This document shows positions 8,724-17,954 of a stretch of DNA of 62,595 nucleotides, one piece after another. Position 1 is the first letter of the stretch; each line of letters begins with the position of its first letter. The stretch is from contig SFLA01000003.1 in NCBI GenBank assembly GCA_004553575.1, forward strand, positions 1-62,595, given 5' to 3'. A program made the position numbers and the translations under genes. The DNA comes from Clostridiales bacterium. Its GTDB lineage: Bacteria > Bacillota > Clostridia > Oscillospirales > CAG-382. The notes beneath the pieces were generated by a model. The model had not been told where the DNA came from and did no database searches. It saw nothing but the letters and a program-made list of their open reading frames with translations.

Positions 8724-10217
8724 ATGGTTTTTTCAAGCCTGTTCTTCGTATATGTATTCATGCCGGTACTGCTGCTGCTTTATTATGCAATAAAGCGCAA
8801 CAGCTGGCGCAGAGGCGTTCTGCTTCTGTTTTCACTGCTGTTTTATGCGTGGGGCGAGCCGGTTTATATCCTGCTCATGCTGTTCTCCGCGCAGATGAAT
8901 TATCTGTTCGGCCTTGCCGTCGGCTTCTCCGAAAAGCCTGCGGCGCGCAAGACTGCGGTAGCGTTAGGGGTGATTGTAAATATCGCCCTGCTCGGGGTGT
9001 TCAAATATGCCGGTTTCGCGGTCGAGACTTTCAACTCGGTCACCGGTCTGGCAATACCGGTACCCGCAATATCGCTGCCGCTCGGAATCAGCTTTTATAC
9101 CTTCCAGGCCATGACGTATGTCATTGACGTGTACCGCGGCAACTGTGCTCCGCAGAAGTCGTTTTCCCGTCTTCTGCTGTATATTTCGCTGTTCCCGCAG
9201 CTCGTCGCAGGGCCTATCGTCCGCTACACCGATATAGAGGACAGCCTCGAGAGCCGCCGCGTCAGCGCCGCTCAGTTCAACAACGGGCTTTACCGCTTTG
9301 CGATAGGACTCGGCAAGAAGGTGATTTTTGCAAACACCTGCGGGCTTGCGGCGGAAAACCTCTTTGCCTTCAATGCGACACACGGCGCGACAGTGCTCGG
9401 GAACTGGGGCGGTATACTGTTCTATGCGTTCCAGATATATTTCGATTTCTCCGGGTATTCCGATATGGCTATAGGACTCGGCCATATGTTCGGCTTCACG
9501 TTCCCCGAGAACTTCGATTACCCGTATATCTCGCGCTCCGTGTCCGAGTATTGGCGGAGATGGCATATAACCCTGAGCAGTTGGTTCCGCGATTACCTGT
9601 TTTATCCCGTGCTTCGCTCCAAGCTATGTACTTCGATAACCCGTTCGCTCCGGAAATCCGGTCATAAGGCGGCGTCGCGCAACGTGCCCACCATTATCGC
9701 TCTGCTTATAGTCTGGTTCTCTACGGGTCTTTGGCACGGCGCGAGCTGGAACTACGTAATATGGGGACTGTACTACGGTATTCTGCTCATTCTCGAAGAA
9801 TTCGTGTTCGGGAAAATCCAGAAGCGTATACCGTCGGCAGTGTCGGCAACCGCAGGCAGGGTATTGTTCGTATTTATCACGCTGTTCGGATTTGCCATCT
9901 TTTATAACGAGACCGATTTACTCAGGAATCTTGGTTATCTCTTGGGAGTCGGAACCGTCGGCTTCTCCGATGTGTACACCGTGTCGATGCTTTACGAGAA
10001 CGGACTGCTGCTCATTGCCGCACTCGTCTGCGTGACGCCGCTCGGACACACGCTGGCATCCGGCTTCGGCAGTATGCTTGAATCGCGCTGCGGCTCTTCC
10101 GCGGCTTACAATATCAGCCGTGTGGCAAAAACGGTCGCGATACTTGCGCTTTTTGCGATTTGCACCGTCCGTATGGTCGGCGATTCGTATAATCCGTTTA
10201 TATACTTCAGATTCTGA
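8724..10217 (+). CDS. MBOAT family membrane-bound O-acyltransferase (AlgI/DltB-like, 497 aa)
   Basis: Multi-pass membrane protein. Contains WRRWHITLSSWFRDYLFYP and GLWHGASW (conserved catalytic His region). Confidence 0.9.
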   Translation: MVFSSLFFVYVFMPVLLLLYYAIKRNSWRRGVLLLFSLLFYAWGEPVYILLMLFSAQMNYLFGLAVGFSEKPAARKTAVALGVIVNIALLGVFKYAGFAVETFNSVTGLAIPVPAISLPLGISFYTFQAMTYVIDVYRGNCAPQKSFSRLLLYISLFPQLVAGPIVRYTDIEDSLESRRVSAAQFNNGLYRFAIGLGKKVIFANTCGLAAENLFAFNATHGATVLGNWGGILFYAFQIYFDFSGYSDMAIGLGHMFGFTFPENFDYPYISRSVSEYWRRWHITLSSWFRDYLFYPVLRSKLCTSITRSLRKSGHKAASRNVPTIIALLIVWFSTGLWHGASWNYVIWGLYYGILLILEEFVFGKIQKRIPSAVSATAGRVLFVFITLFGFAIFYNETDLLRNLGYLLGVGTVGFSDVYTVSMLYENGLLLIAALVCVTPLGHTLASGFGSMLESRCGSSAAYNISRVAKTVAILALFAICTVRMVGDSYNPFIYFRF

Positions 10218-10234
10218 CGGAGGGGGAGTGTCTT

Positions 10235-11854
10235 ATGAAAACGCCCAAGGGTAACAAATTCATTGACGAGCTTATGCTGCTTATCGTGGCAATAGCTGTC
10301 GGCGCAGTGGCGGTGCTCAACCTTTGCCAGACAGACCGCCCGACGTATTCCGAAATCGAGAACCGCGATCTCGCGACAATGCCCGAGCTTACCGGTGAAA
10401 GCCTGCTCGACGGAAGCTTTTTTTCCGGCACCTCGGCTTTCGTGTCCGATACATTTTTCGCACGGGATCAGCTTTCGTCTTTTTCAAAGGTGCTGGACAC
10501 TTATAAGAGCCTTTCGCTCATTTATAAACGAAGCGGGATTACCGTCATTATCGATCCCAATCCAAGCAAGCCCGATGAGGACGAAAGCGACATTACGAGC
10601 CTTCCTCCGCTCCCGAGCGAACCGGAGGAATCCGATGTTTCAGATGTTTCCGGCGAGAGTTCGGAACCCGTAATCAACACCGTACCGGTAAAGCTTTCGG
10701 CGAAGAACGCCTCGGTGTCCGTCGGAGCCACCTATCTTATTACCGCTACCGTAGGAGATAATTTCCGCGGTCTTACCTGGACCTGCAGCAGTACGGCCTA
10801 TTTCAAGCTGACCGATAACGGCGACGGCACGGCCACCGTGCGAGGAACCGCCGCCGGCAGCGCCGATGTCACCGCAACCGTCACCGATGCCGACGGAAAC
10901 GAACACACGGCGTCCTGCCGCGTCACCGTAACCAAACCCTTCTCGGAAGAAAGCGGCGGTGGCAAGGAGGTTGCGGACTTCCTGCCCAACGGACTGTTCA
11001 TTTATGACGGCGCGGCTTATTCGCAGTCGTATTTCTCGTCGACATACGCGCCGAAGTTCGCGGAGCTGTACAGCTATTACGCAAAGCTGTTCCCGTCGGC
11101 TACCGTCAGTGTGGTAACGGCGCCGCTTTCGACAATCATAATTCTCGATCCCGAAGTGAGCTCAAAGATTTCGGATCAGGGTAAGATTCTCGATAAGCTC
11201 GAGAATGCGTCGTCCCTGTACGATGACGTGAACTTCGTAAACCTGAAGAATATTTATCTCGACCATGCGTCCGAGTACCTGTTCTTCAAGAGCGATCATC
11301 ACTGGACGGACCGCGGTGCGTATTATGCGTATTACGCCTTTGCCGATTCGGTCGGGCTTAACCCGGTAAAGATAGAGGACTTCGATGTAAAGGTGCTGAA
11401 CACCTCGTATATCGGCTCGATGTATAAGTACACCGGCGACGAGAGGGTTAAGTATTTCTACGACACCGTCGAGGCATATCTTCCCGGTAAGACATGCACC
11501 ATGACCATCTACGATGCAAACGGATCGGTTTACAATTACGACAGCTGCATACGCACATCATCCTCCGGATACACCGCATTTCTTGCCGGAGACCATGCGT
11601 ACACCGTTATCAATGTACCGGAGAATCCTCAGAACAAGAACGTACTCGTTATCAAAGATTCCTTCGGAAACGCCTTCGTGCCTTTCCTTACCGAGCATTA
11701 CGGGAATATTATCGTAATCGATCCGCGATATGTTACCTTCAACGTGTATGAGCAGTTCAAGGATTACGGCTTTACCGATATCGTATTCATGATGAATACA
11801 ACCTCGGCAAACAGCAAGGCATGGTACAATTATATGGCTGATATGGTCAAATGA
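10235..11854 (+). CDS. DHHW family protein (AlgJ/AlgX/SGNH-like extracytoplasmic acyltransferase) with Big_2 domain (539 aa)
   Basis: N-terminal TM anchor, acidic linker and a Big_2-like segment (VSVGATYLITATV...ASCRVTV). The eponymous motif FFKSDHHWTDRGAYYAY has DHHW at 11294-11305. Confidence 0.85.
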   Translation: MKTPKGNKFIDELMLLIVAIAVGAVAVLNLCQTDRPTYSEIENRDLATMPELTGESLLDGSFFSGTSAFVSDTFFARDQLSSFSKVLDTYKSLSLIYKRSGITVIIDPNPSKPDEDESDITSLPPLPSEPEESDVSDVSGESSEPVINTVPVKLSAKNASVSVGATYLITATVGDNFRGLTWTCSSTAYFKLTDNGDGTATVRGTAAGSADVTATVTDADGNEHTASCRVTVTKPFSEESGGGKEVADFLPNGLFIYDGAAYSQSYFSSTYAPKFAELYSYYAKLFPSATVSVVTAPLSTIIILDPEVSSKISDQGKILDKLENASSLYDDVNFVNLKNIYLDHASEYLFFKSDHHWTDRGAYYAYYAFADSVGLNPVKIEDFDVKVLNTSYIGSMYKYTGDERVKYFYDTVEAYLPGKTCTMTIYDANGSVYNYDSCIRTSSSGYTAFLAGDHAYTVINVPENPQNKNVLVIKDSFGNAFVPFLTEHYGNIIVIDPRYVTFNVYEQFKDYGFTDIVFMMNTTSANSKAWYNYMADMVK

Positions 11855-11872
11855 CCTGCCGGTAAAACACGA

Positions 11873-11913
11873 CCCGGGAGACGCCGTTTCAGGCGTACTC
11901 CCGGGCCTTTCTT
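11873..11913 (+). terminator. rho-independent terminator of the 6738-11854 operon
   Basis: cccgggagacgcc / ggcgtactcccggg stem followed by cctttctt. Confidence 0.6.
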
Positions 11914-11985
11914 ATACAATCAATGAGGCGGGCTTACAGATACTTTCTCCGTATACAGAAGAGGTAGGTTTCATGGGTACAGGCG

Positions 11986-12020
11986 AAGAAAAACCGCCCG
12001 GCGAAGCTTCTGCCGGGCGG
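11986..12020 (-). terminator. rho-independent terminator of the uppP-ftsK-lipoprotein unit
   Basis: ccgcccggc / gccgggcgg stem. A T-run follows on the minus strand. Confidence 0.6.
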
Positions 12021-12031
12021 AAACCGTTTGC

Positions 12032-12562
12032 TTATTGGAATACGAAGAACAGCGACATCGGGTGGAGATAGAACACTCCGTTTACACGGTAAACGTACAG
12101 GGTGCAATCGCGGGTTTCGGTGCTGCCGGAGATGCCCTCTATCGTGTAGGACACTCCCAGCTCATATATCTCGCTCACCTCGCCGCCCGGCTCGAATTCA
12201 CCGATATAACTGCCCTCCGGCATCGCGTCAAGAGGAGTCGAATAATTCAGCTCGAGCTTTATCGACATCATCGAACCGCAGATTTCTTTGTCGTATTCGT
12301 AGGTCTGTTCAAGCGTTTCGGCTATAAGCGAGTCCAGATCGTCCTCGGAAAAGGTATCGTAATAATCGCGCAGGCCGTTTATATACTTACCCTCGAACGC
12401 AGACAGGTATATGGTGGGCGATTGCTTCATAAGCCCCTCTGCAATCAGGTTTACCGGCTCTCCGCAGGGCTCGTTTATGGTCGGCGAGCAGGATGTCACG
12501 CACAGCGCCGCCGCGCACAGAATCAGCAGGGCTGCTGTAAGAAATATCGTTGTTTTTTTCAT
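12032..12562 (-). CDS. lipoprotein of unknown function (176 aa)
   Basis: Signal peptide with lipobox (LCVTSC). ATGA overlap with the ftsK stop. Confidence 0.6.
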   Translation of the reverse strand: MKKTTIFLTAALLILCAAALCVTSCSPTINEPCGEPVNLIAEGLMKQSPTIYLSAFEGKYINGLRDYYDTFSEDDLDSLIAETLEQTYEYDKEICGSMMSIKLELNYSTPLDAMPEGSYIGEFEPGGEVSEIYELGVSYTIEGISGSTETRDCTLYVYRVNGVFYLHPMSLFFVFQ

Positions 12563-14961
12563 TCTTCCGTATCTCCTTCCGGCTGGGAGTTCAGCTTCTT
12601 TTCCGCCAGCTCCTCCGCAGTCATCAGTACGGCCCTCTTTTTGGTGGCGGGGTCGAATTCGCCTATCCAGCCGTCGCGTTCCAGCTTATCGATAATTCTT
12701 GCGGCCTTTGCGTAGCCGAGACTCAGCCTGCGCTGGAGAAGCGAGGTTGATATGGTCCCGTATTCCAGCGCGACCTCCATGGCCTTCAGCTTTATCGGAT
12801 CGTCCTTGTCGTCCTCTCCGGCGCCTCCGGACGCTTCGTCGTCTGCCGCAGGTCCGTTTCTGCGGCGCTTGACTCCGCACATTTTGGCCTCCTGCTCGAT
12901 CTTCTCGATAACGCTTTCGTCGTAAGATACGCTTGCCGCGCCCTTAATAAACCGGGTAACCGCCGCAACCTCGTTCTTGCCGTCAACGAACGCTCCCTGA
13001 ACTCTAAGCGGCTTTATCGACCCGACCGGCGAATACAGCATGTCGCCCTTGCCGAGCAGCTTTTCCGCTCCGTTCTGTCCGAGTATAGTATCCGAATCGA
13101 ACCGCGATGCTACGGTAAACGCAATTCGCGAGGGGACGTTTGCCTTAATCAGTCCCGTAATTACGTCCACGGAAGGACGCTGCGTGCCTATAACCAGATG
13201 CATTCCCGCCGCTCTTGCCTTCTGTGCGAGCCGGCATATCGATGTCTCAACATCGTCCGGAGCGGTCATCATAAGATCGGCAAGCTCGTCTATGAAAATA
13301 ACGACGTCCGGCATATATTCCTTCTCCGGGTCGCCCTCTATTGTCTCGTTGTATTCTCGCGAATCCCTTGCGCCGACATTCTGAATCTTCTCGAACCTGC
13401 GCTCCATTTCCATGACTGCCCAGTTAAGAGTACCCGCCGCCTTTTTGGGCTCGGTAACGACCGGCACCAGCAGGTGGGGCAGCCCGTTGTAGTCGGCAAG
13501 CTCCAGCTTCTTCGGGTCTATCAGTATCAGCTTCACTTCGTCGGGACGCGCACGATACAGCAGCGATACGATTATCGAATTAAGGCACACCGATTTACCC
13601 ATTCCGGTGGCTCCTGCAATAAGCAGGTGAGGCATTTTCTTTATATCGAGATATACCGGGTTGCCCGCTACGTCTCTTCCGAGACAGGTCAGAAGCTTTT
13701 CGCTGCTGTCGCGGAATCTCGGGTCGGCGATCATATCGTGCAGCCGGACCGTCTGCGTTTTGCGGTTGGGTATCTCAACGCCGACGGCACCCTTTCCGGG
13801 TATAGCCTCGACTCTGACGCTCTGCGCCGAAAGATGAAGCGCAATGTCGTCGGTGAGGTTGACAATCTGCTTAACCTTAACGCCGACCTCCGGCTGGAGT
13901 TCAAACCTCGTGACGGTAGGTCCGCAGCTTGTGCTTACTATTTTTGCCTTCGCACCGAAGCTCTCAAGCGTCTCTATAAGCTTGTTGCCGGTTGCGCGTA
14001 TGTCGCTCTGGGTGAATCCTCCGTCCGAAGCGTCGCCCTCGGCGAGCAGCGAAAGGGGAGGGAAAACATACGGGGTTTCGGGAGCGGAAACCGTCTCGGT
14101 TTCAAAGTCCGGAGCGTCGTCCGGCGGATTGTCTTCTGCCGTTTCAGCCTCATTTACGGCTTCCTCGGGTTCACCGCTGTCCGGTTCAGCAAGCTTTTCC
14201 TCCGGCTCCGGTTCTTTCACCGGCTCGGGGAACACCTCCGGCAACGCCGCCTCCGCCCAGGGTGCGTCGCGGTTGATCTCCGGTTTTCTTTCGGGCTCGG
14301 GTTTGCCGTCGTCCGGGTCAAGCTCCGGCAGATCGAACACCCTCTGACGTACGCCGTCGGCTGCCGTCTCGGAAACGGATTCGTGGGTGCGGCGTGCCTT
14401 TTTTACGGGCGAGGAAGAAGGCTCCGGTTTGTCCGGAGCATATTCCATATCGCGGAAAAACCGAACTATCGCTTTTACAACCGCACCCGGAGTGCTTCCG
14501 CACAGCAGTACCAGCGATATGAAGAACAGCAGCAGCGAAAGCAGCCAGGTGGCTATCGTACCTATCGCCTTGTCGGTCATCATATCGGTGAACCGATCCA
14601 TACAGTAGCCCGCCGTTCCTCCGAACAGCCTGATTATCATAAGCAGGGTCAGTATATTTGCCGAATACAGCAGTGTCTTCAGAGGAACCGCATTACGCTC
14701 GCGGTCGCTTTTCCACATCGCCGCGATAACGAACATGTATATCGGTAAAAAGTATTTTCCGTATCCGACCAGCCAGTCAAGCGCGGCCTTTACCCAGCCT
14801 CCGACCGTCTTTGTGTCAAAGAAGAAGGTCAGCAGAATAAAAACCGCTATACATCCGAGCACGTACGGCGCAATATAGACTTTATTCTTCTTTGTATAGG
14901 TCTTTTTCGCCGATCCTTTAACCGGCTTCTTCGCCGCCGGCTTCTTTTTGTCCGTTGCCAT
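12559..14961 (-). CDS. ftsK: DNA translocase FtsK/SpoIIIE (800 aa)
   Basis: N-terminal TM helices and a Pro/Glu-rich linker. Motor domain has Walker A GATGMGKS. C-terminal gamma winged-helix is LLQRRLSLGYAKAARIIDKLE. Confidence 0.92.
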   Translation of the reverse strand: MATDKKKPAAKKPVKGSAKKTYTKKNKVYIAPYVLGCIAVFILLTFFFDTKTVGGWVKAALDWLVGYGKYFLPIYMFVIAAMWKSDRERNAVPLKTLLYSANILTLLMIIRLFGGTAGYCMDRFTDMMTDKAIGTIATWLLSLLLFFISLVLLCGSTPGAVVKAIVRFFRDMEYAPDKPEPSSSPVKKARRTHESVSETAADGVRQRVFDLPELDPDDGKPEPERKPEINRDAPWAEAALPEVFPEPVKEPEPEEKLAEPDSGEPEEAVNEAETAEDNPPDDAPDFETETVSAPETPYVFPPLSLLAEGDASDGGFTQSDIRATGNKLIETLESFGAKAKIVSTSCGPTVTRFELQPEVGVKVKQIVNLTDDIALHLSAQSVRVEAIPGKGAVGVEIPNRKTQTVRLHDMIADPRFRDSSEKLLTCLGRDVAGNPVYLDIKKMPHLLIAGATGMGKSVCLNSIIVSLLYRARPDEVKLILIDPKKLELADYNGLPHLLVPVVTEPKKAAGTLNWAVMEMERRFEKIQNVGARDSREYNETIEGDPEKEYMPDVVIFIDELADLMMTAPDDVETSICRLAQKARAAGMHLVIGTQRPSVDVITGLIKANVPSRIAFTVASRFDSDTILGQNGAEKLLGKGDMLYSPVGSIKPLRVQGAFVDGKNEVAAVTRFIKGAASVSYDESVIEKIEQEAKMCGVKRRRNGPAADDEASGGAGEDDKDDPIKLKAMEVALEYGTISTSLLQRRLSLGYAKAARIIDKLERDGWIGEFDPATKKRAVLMTAEELAEKKLNSQPEGDTEE

Positions 14962-14975
14962 ATTTCACTTATCCT

Positions 14976-15818
14976 TCAGATTATAGCGTCTGCGATTATC
15001 GCCGCGGCGCCTATCGTTATGCAGTATACCGAAAACACCGCAAATCCGCGGTTTTTCGCCAGGTATTGAAGCAGTTTTATTGCAAAGAAGCCGGATACGG
15101 CTGCGACCGCCGCTCCGGTCAGAAATGCCGGAGCCGTTCCTGCGGGCAGTCCCGACGCGAAAAATTCCGGCAGTTCGAGCACGCAGGACCCGAGAATCGC
15201 GGGGATGGACATAAGAAATGACAGCCTTACCGCGTCTTCTCTTTTGAACCCCGCAAGCAGTCCGCCGGTTATGGTTATTCCGGATCTCGATATTCCGGGC
15301 AGCAGACCTATCACCTGCGTCAGACCGGGTATAAGCGCCTTCGGTATGCGCGATCCTTCAAGAATTAACGCGCCGCGTGACAGCCGGTCGGAAATCCAGA
15401 GCACCGCCCCGTTGATTATTAGAAGCACGCCGATAACCCAGCTTACGGACGAAATGAATCCTACGCTTTCGTCCGCTCCCAAAAGCGCGGCAGGCACCAG
15501 CGGAAGCGTTGCGACAACAAGCATAACGAACAGTTTTTCGCCGAAGTCCAGCCCCTGTTTTATCCGACCGGTGAAAAGCTTTGCCGCAAGGGTAAAAAAA
15601 CCTTTTATCAGCTTAAGGATATCACTGCGGTATACGATGCAGACGGCCAGCAAAGTCGCGAGATGGAGCAGTACGTTGAAGGCAAGATAGGTATCGGAAT
15701 CTATATTCTCCGCCCCGAATAAATTCTGAGCGAGCGCCAGATGACCGCTCGATGAGATCGGCAGAAACTCCGCTATCCCTTGAATAAGCCCGTAAACCGC
15801 TGCTTCGATTATGCCCAT
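14976..15818 (-). CDS. uppP: undecaprenyl-diphosphate phosphatase
   Basis: BacA family motifs (EFLPISSSGHL, PGISRSG). I chose the start at MGIIEAAV, which is preceded by GGGGGA. The track ORF begins 27 nt further upstream. Confidence 0.9.
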   Translation of the reverse strand: MGIIEAAVYGLIQGIAEFLPISSSGHLALAQNLFGAENIDSDTYLAFNVLLHLATLLAVCIVYRSDILKLIKGFFTLAAKLFTGRIKQGLDFGEKLFVMLVVATLPLVPAALLGADESVGFISSVSWVIGVLLIINGAVLWISDRLSRGALILEGSRIPKALIPGLTQVIGLLPGISRSGITITGGLLAGFKREDAVRLSFLMSIPAILGSCVLELPEFFASGLPAGTAPAFLTGAAVAAVSGFFAIKLLQYLAKNRGFAVFSVYCITIGAAAIIADAII

Positions 15819-15952
15819 GTTCAAAATCCCCCTGCGAATATACATATTGTATTATAGAATAATATAATGCAAAAGTCAACAATCATATACCGCACTAACA
15901 AAACAATTGACAAACCGCCCGCCCCTGTATTATAATAAACAGACAAGAGGAG

Positions 15953-16894
15953 ATGAGACTTGTGTCCACCGCTTTCAGGAACTTTTTAATAGTATTTATT
16001 ATCGGTCTGTTGGGCTTCGGACTGCTTGCATGGAAGGTAGTCGTCCCGTATATAGATACCGAGCTTCTCGGAGATATCAGCGACGGCGGTCCCGTTCACG
16101 AGAGCGCCGACCCGTCCGAGAGCGATGTATCCGGCGATGTGTCGCAGGATGTCCGCAGGCGTACCGTTAATATCGCGCTTATCGGCAAAGCCAGCGAGGA
16201 TTATATCGCCGGTATTTTCTTCATACATATAGACGAAGAGAAGGGCGTGTATCTTACCGTCAATGTCCCTCATGACACAGTAGTGAACAACGCCGGGCAC
16301 AGTGTGGTGCTGTATTCGTATCTGTTCGGCGTGGGAGCGGCGGAGATGATGCAGACCGTGCCGTATCTGGTCGGTTATCCGGTCGATTATTATGCGGTGT
16401 TCGATTACAACGGTATAGAAGCGATACTCAAGCGCATGGGAAACGTTAAAATGACCCTTAGCACAATGGTAAGAGTTCTTAATACCGCCGAATTTGCCGA
16501 CGAGATACAGGATTATCTCGACAGGGGCGAGGAGGTTCCCGACGCATATTACGAGGTTTTCGAGCCGGGGACGGTAACCCTTAACAAAGATAATTTATAT
16601 AAGTTCTGGAATTACGAGCCGGGCGGCAACGCAGGTGACTTTACGGTAAAGGACGAGGTTTGCGCCGCCGTGTTCAGATCACTAACATCCTGCTCCTCGC
16701 TCGGAGCCGACGGAAACGGTTTTCTCGAGCTTATGGCATACGCCGCCGAGGCGACATTGGGCAGCGAGGCGTTTACCGAATACGGAGATATAATGTTTGC
16801 CAACGGGTATCTTCTGAAATCCGTTCCGGTCGCCTATGATCAGGGTTATACCTCAATGGTAAAGAAAATCCGCGAGGCTGTATCCGACTACTGA
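15953..16894 (+). CDS. membrane-anchored LytR-CpsA-Psr (LCP)-like protein, divergent (313 aa)
   Basis: N-terminal TM helix. The block NIALIGK...FFIHIDEEKGVYLTVNVPHDTVV resembles the LCP core, but the usual RSD/PRD residues are changed. A GTG at 15962 with AGGAG upstream is an alternative start. Confidence 0.45.
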   Translation: MRLVSTAFRNFLIVFIIGLLGFGLLAWKVVVPYIDTELLGDISDGGPVHESADPSESDVSGDVSQDVRRRTVNIALIGKASEDYIAGIFFIHIDEEKGVYLTVNVPHDTVVNNAGHSVVLYSYLFGVGAAEMMQTVPYLVGYPVDYYAVFDYNGIEAILKRMGNVKMTLSTMVRVLNTAEFADEIQDYLDRGEEVPDAYYEVFEPGTVTLNKDNLYKFWNYEPGGNAGDFTVKDEVCAAVFRSLTSCSSLGADGNGFLELMAYAAEATLGSEAFTEYGDIMFANGYLLKSVPVAYDQGYTSMVKKIREAVSDY

Positions 16895-16913
16895 AAAAAT
16901 GTCGCGCAAGCCC

Positions 16914-16942
16914 TTGAAATAGCGTGTGCGATGTGATATTAT
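16914..16942 (+). promoter_or_regulatory. sigma-A type promoter of the ferredoxin gene
   Basis: TTGAAA, 17 nt spacer, TATTAT, with TGn extended -10. Confidence 0.5.
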
Positions 16943-16971
16943 TTACGTAAATAATACGGAGGTGTACTGTA

Positions 16972-17151
16972 ATGGCATATAAGATCAACAATGACGAATG
17001 TCTTGGCTGCGGTGCCTGCGTGGATCAGTGCCCGGTAGGCGCGATTTCCATCGGCGATGACGGCAAGGCAGTAATCGATCCCGACATCTGCATTGAGTGC
17101 GGCGCCTGCGCGGGCGTATGCCCGGTCGAGGCTCCCAAGGCCGACGCCTGA
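16972..17151 (+). CDS. 2x[4Fe-4S] ferredoxin (59 aa), absent from the ORF track
   Basis: My translation is MAYKINNDECLGCGACVDQCPVGAISIGDDGKAVIDPDICIECGACAGVCPVEAPKADA. It has two CxxCxxCxxxCP clusters and an RBS GGAGGTG. A hairpin at 17173-17198 follows. Confidence 0.85.
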   Translation: MAYKINNDECLGCGACVDQCPVGAISIGDDGKAVIDPDICIECGACAGVCPVEAPKADA

Positions 17152-17231
17152 GATACGTATGCAGACAGATAGTGCGCCCCCAACAAGGGCGCATTTATCG
17201 TCTGACAGGCAGGATTTCCGGGGAGGGTTGA

Positions 17232-17954
17232 ATGGAGCTGATAAAAACGCGGGTAAACCGCCGTCTCGTTCTGTCCGAGTATTCCGGCGGGATACGTTTC
17301 GGAACCGACGCCCTTCTGCTTGCTCATTTTGCCCTGTCTGCGCCGGGTAGGGGAATGGATCTCGGCGCGGGAAGCGGAATTATCGGCTTTTTACTGCTCA
17401 CCTCCGGCAGGGCGTCGCATATCGACGGGATCGAGCTGCAGCCCGATTACGTTGATCTGTGCCGGAAGAACGCTTCGGAAAACGGTCTCGAAGCGCGATA
17501 TACCGCCGTCTGCCGCGATATACGGGATCTGCATTCATTTCCGGAGGAGGAATACGATTTCTGCGTGTCAAATCCCCCGTATCTTCCGCTCGGCTGCGGA
17601 AAGGAGAATGCTTCCGAGCCGCTGAATATCGCCCGCCGCGAGGTCAAATGCGACATATTATCGGTCTGCGCCGCAGCTTCGCGAAGTGTGCGAAGCGGAG
17701 GGTCCGTATTCGTCGTCTTCCGTCCCGACCGTCTTGCGGCGCTGTTGTCGGCGTTAAGAGCGAGTGCGCTCGAGCCCAAGCGTATCCGTACCGTATGCCC
17801 GTCGTCCGGCAGAAAGCCCTCGCTTGTTCTGGTCGAGGCAATCAAAAACGCTCCGAGGGGCAATGTATCGGAGGAGCAATTCTGTATTTACGGAGATTCG
17901 TCCCATCGCGATTATTCCGAAGGGATGAAAAACATTTACAATGAACTTAGCTGA
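17232..17954 (+). CDS. SAM-dependent N6-adenine methyltransferase, tRNA1(Val) m6A37 (YfiC/TrmN6)-like (240 aa)
   Basis: GxGxG SAM motif (DLGAGSGIIG) and NPPY motif (VSNPPYLP). Confidence 0.7.
   Translation: MELIKTRVNRRLVLSEYSGGIRFGTDALLLAHFALSAPGRGMDLGAGSGIIGFLLLTSGRASHIDGIELQPDYVDLCRKNASENGLEARYTAVCRDIRDLHSFPEEEYDFCVSNPPYLPLGCGKENASEPLNIARREVKCDILSVCAAASRSVRSGGSVFVVFRPDRLAALLSALRASALEPKRIRTVCPSSGRKPSLVLVEAIKNAPRGNVSEEQFCIYGDSSHRDYSEGMKNIYNELS

Noticed and set aside
17152-17954. Looked for a yybP-ykoY manganese riboswitch upstream of mntP
   Set aside because: mntP overlaps the preceding methyltransferase gene by 14 nt, so there is no leader. The 80-nt region before the methyltransferase contains only the ferredoxin terminator.
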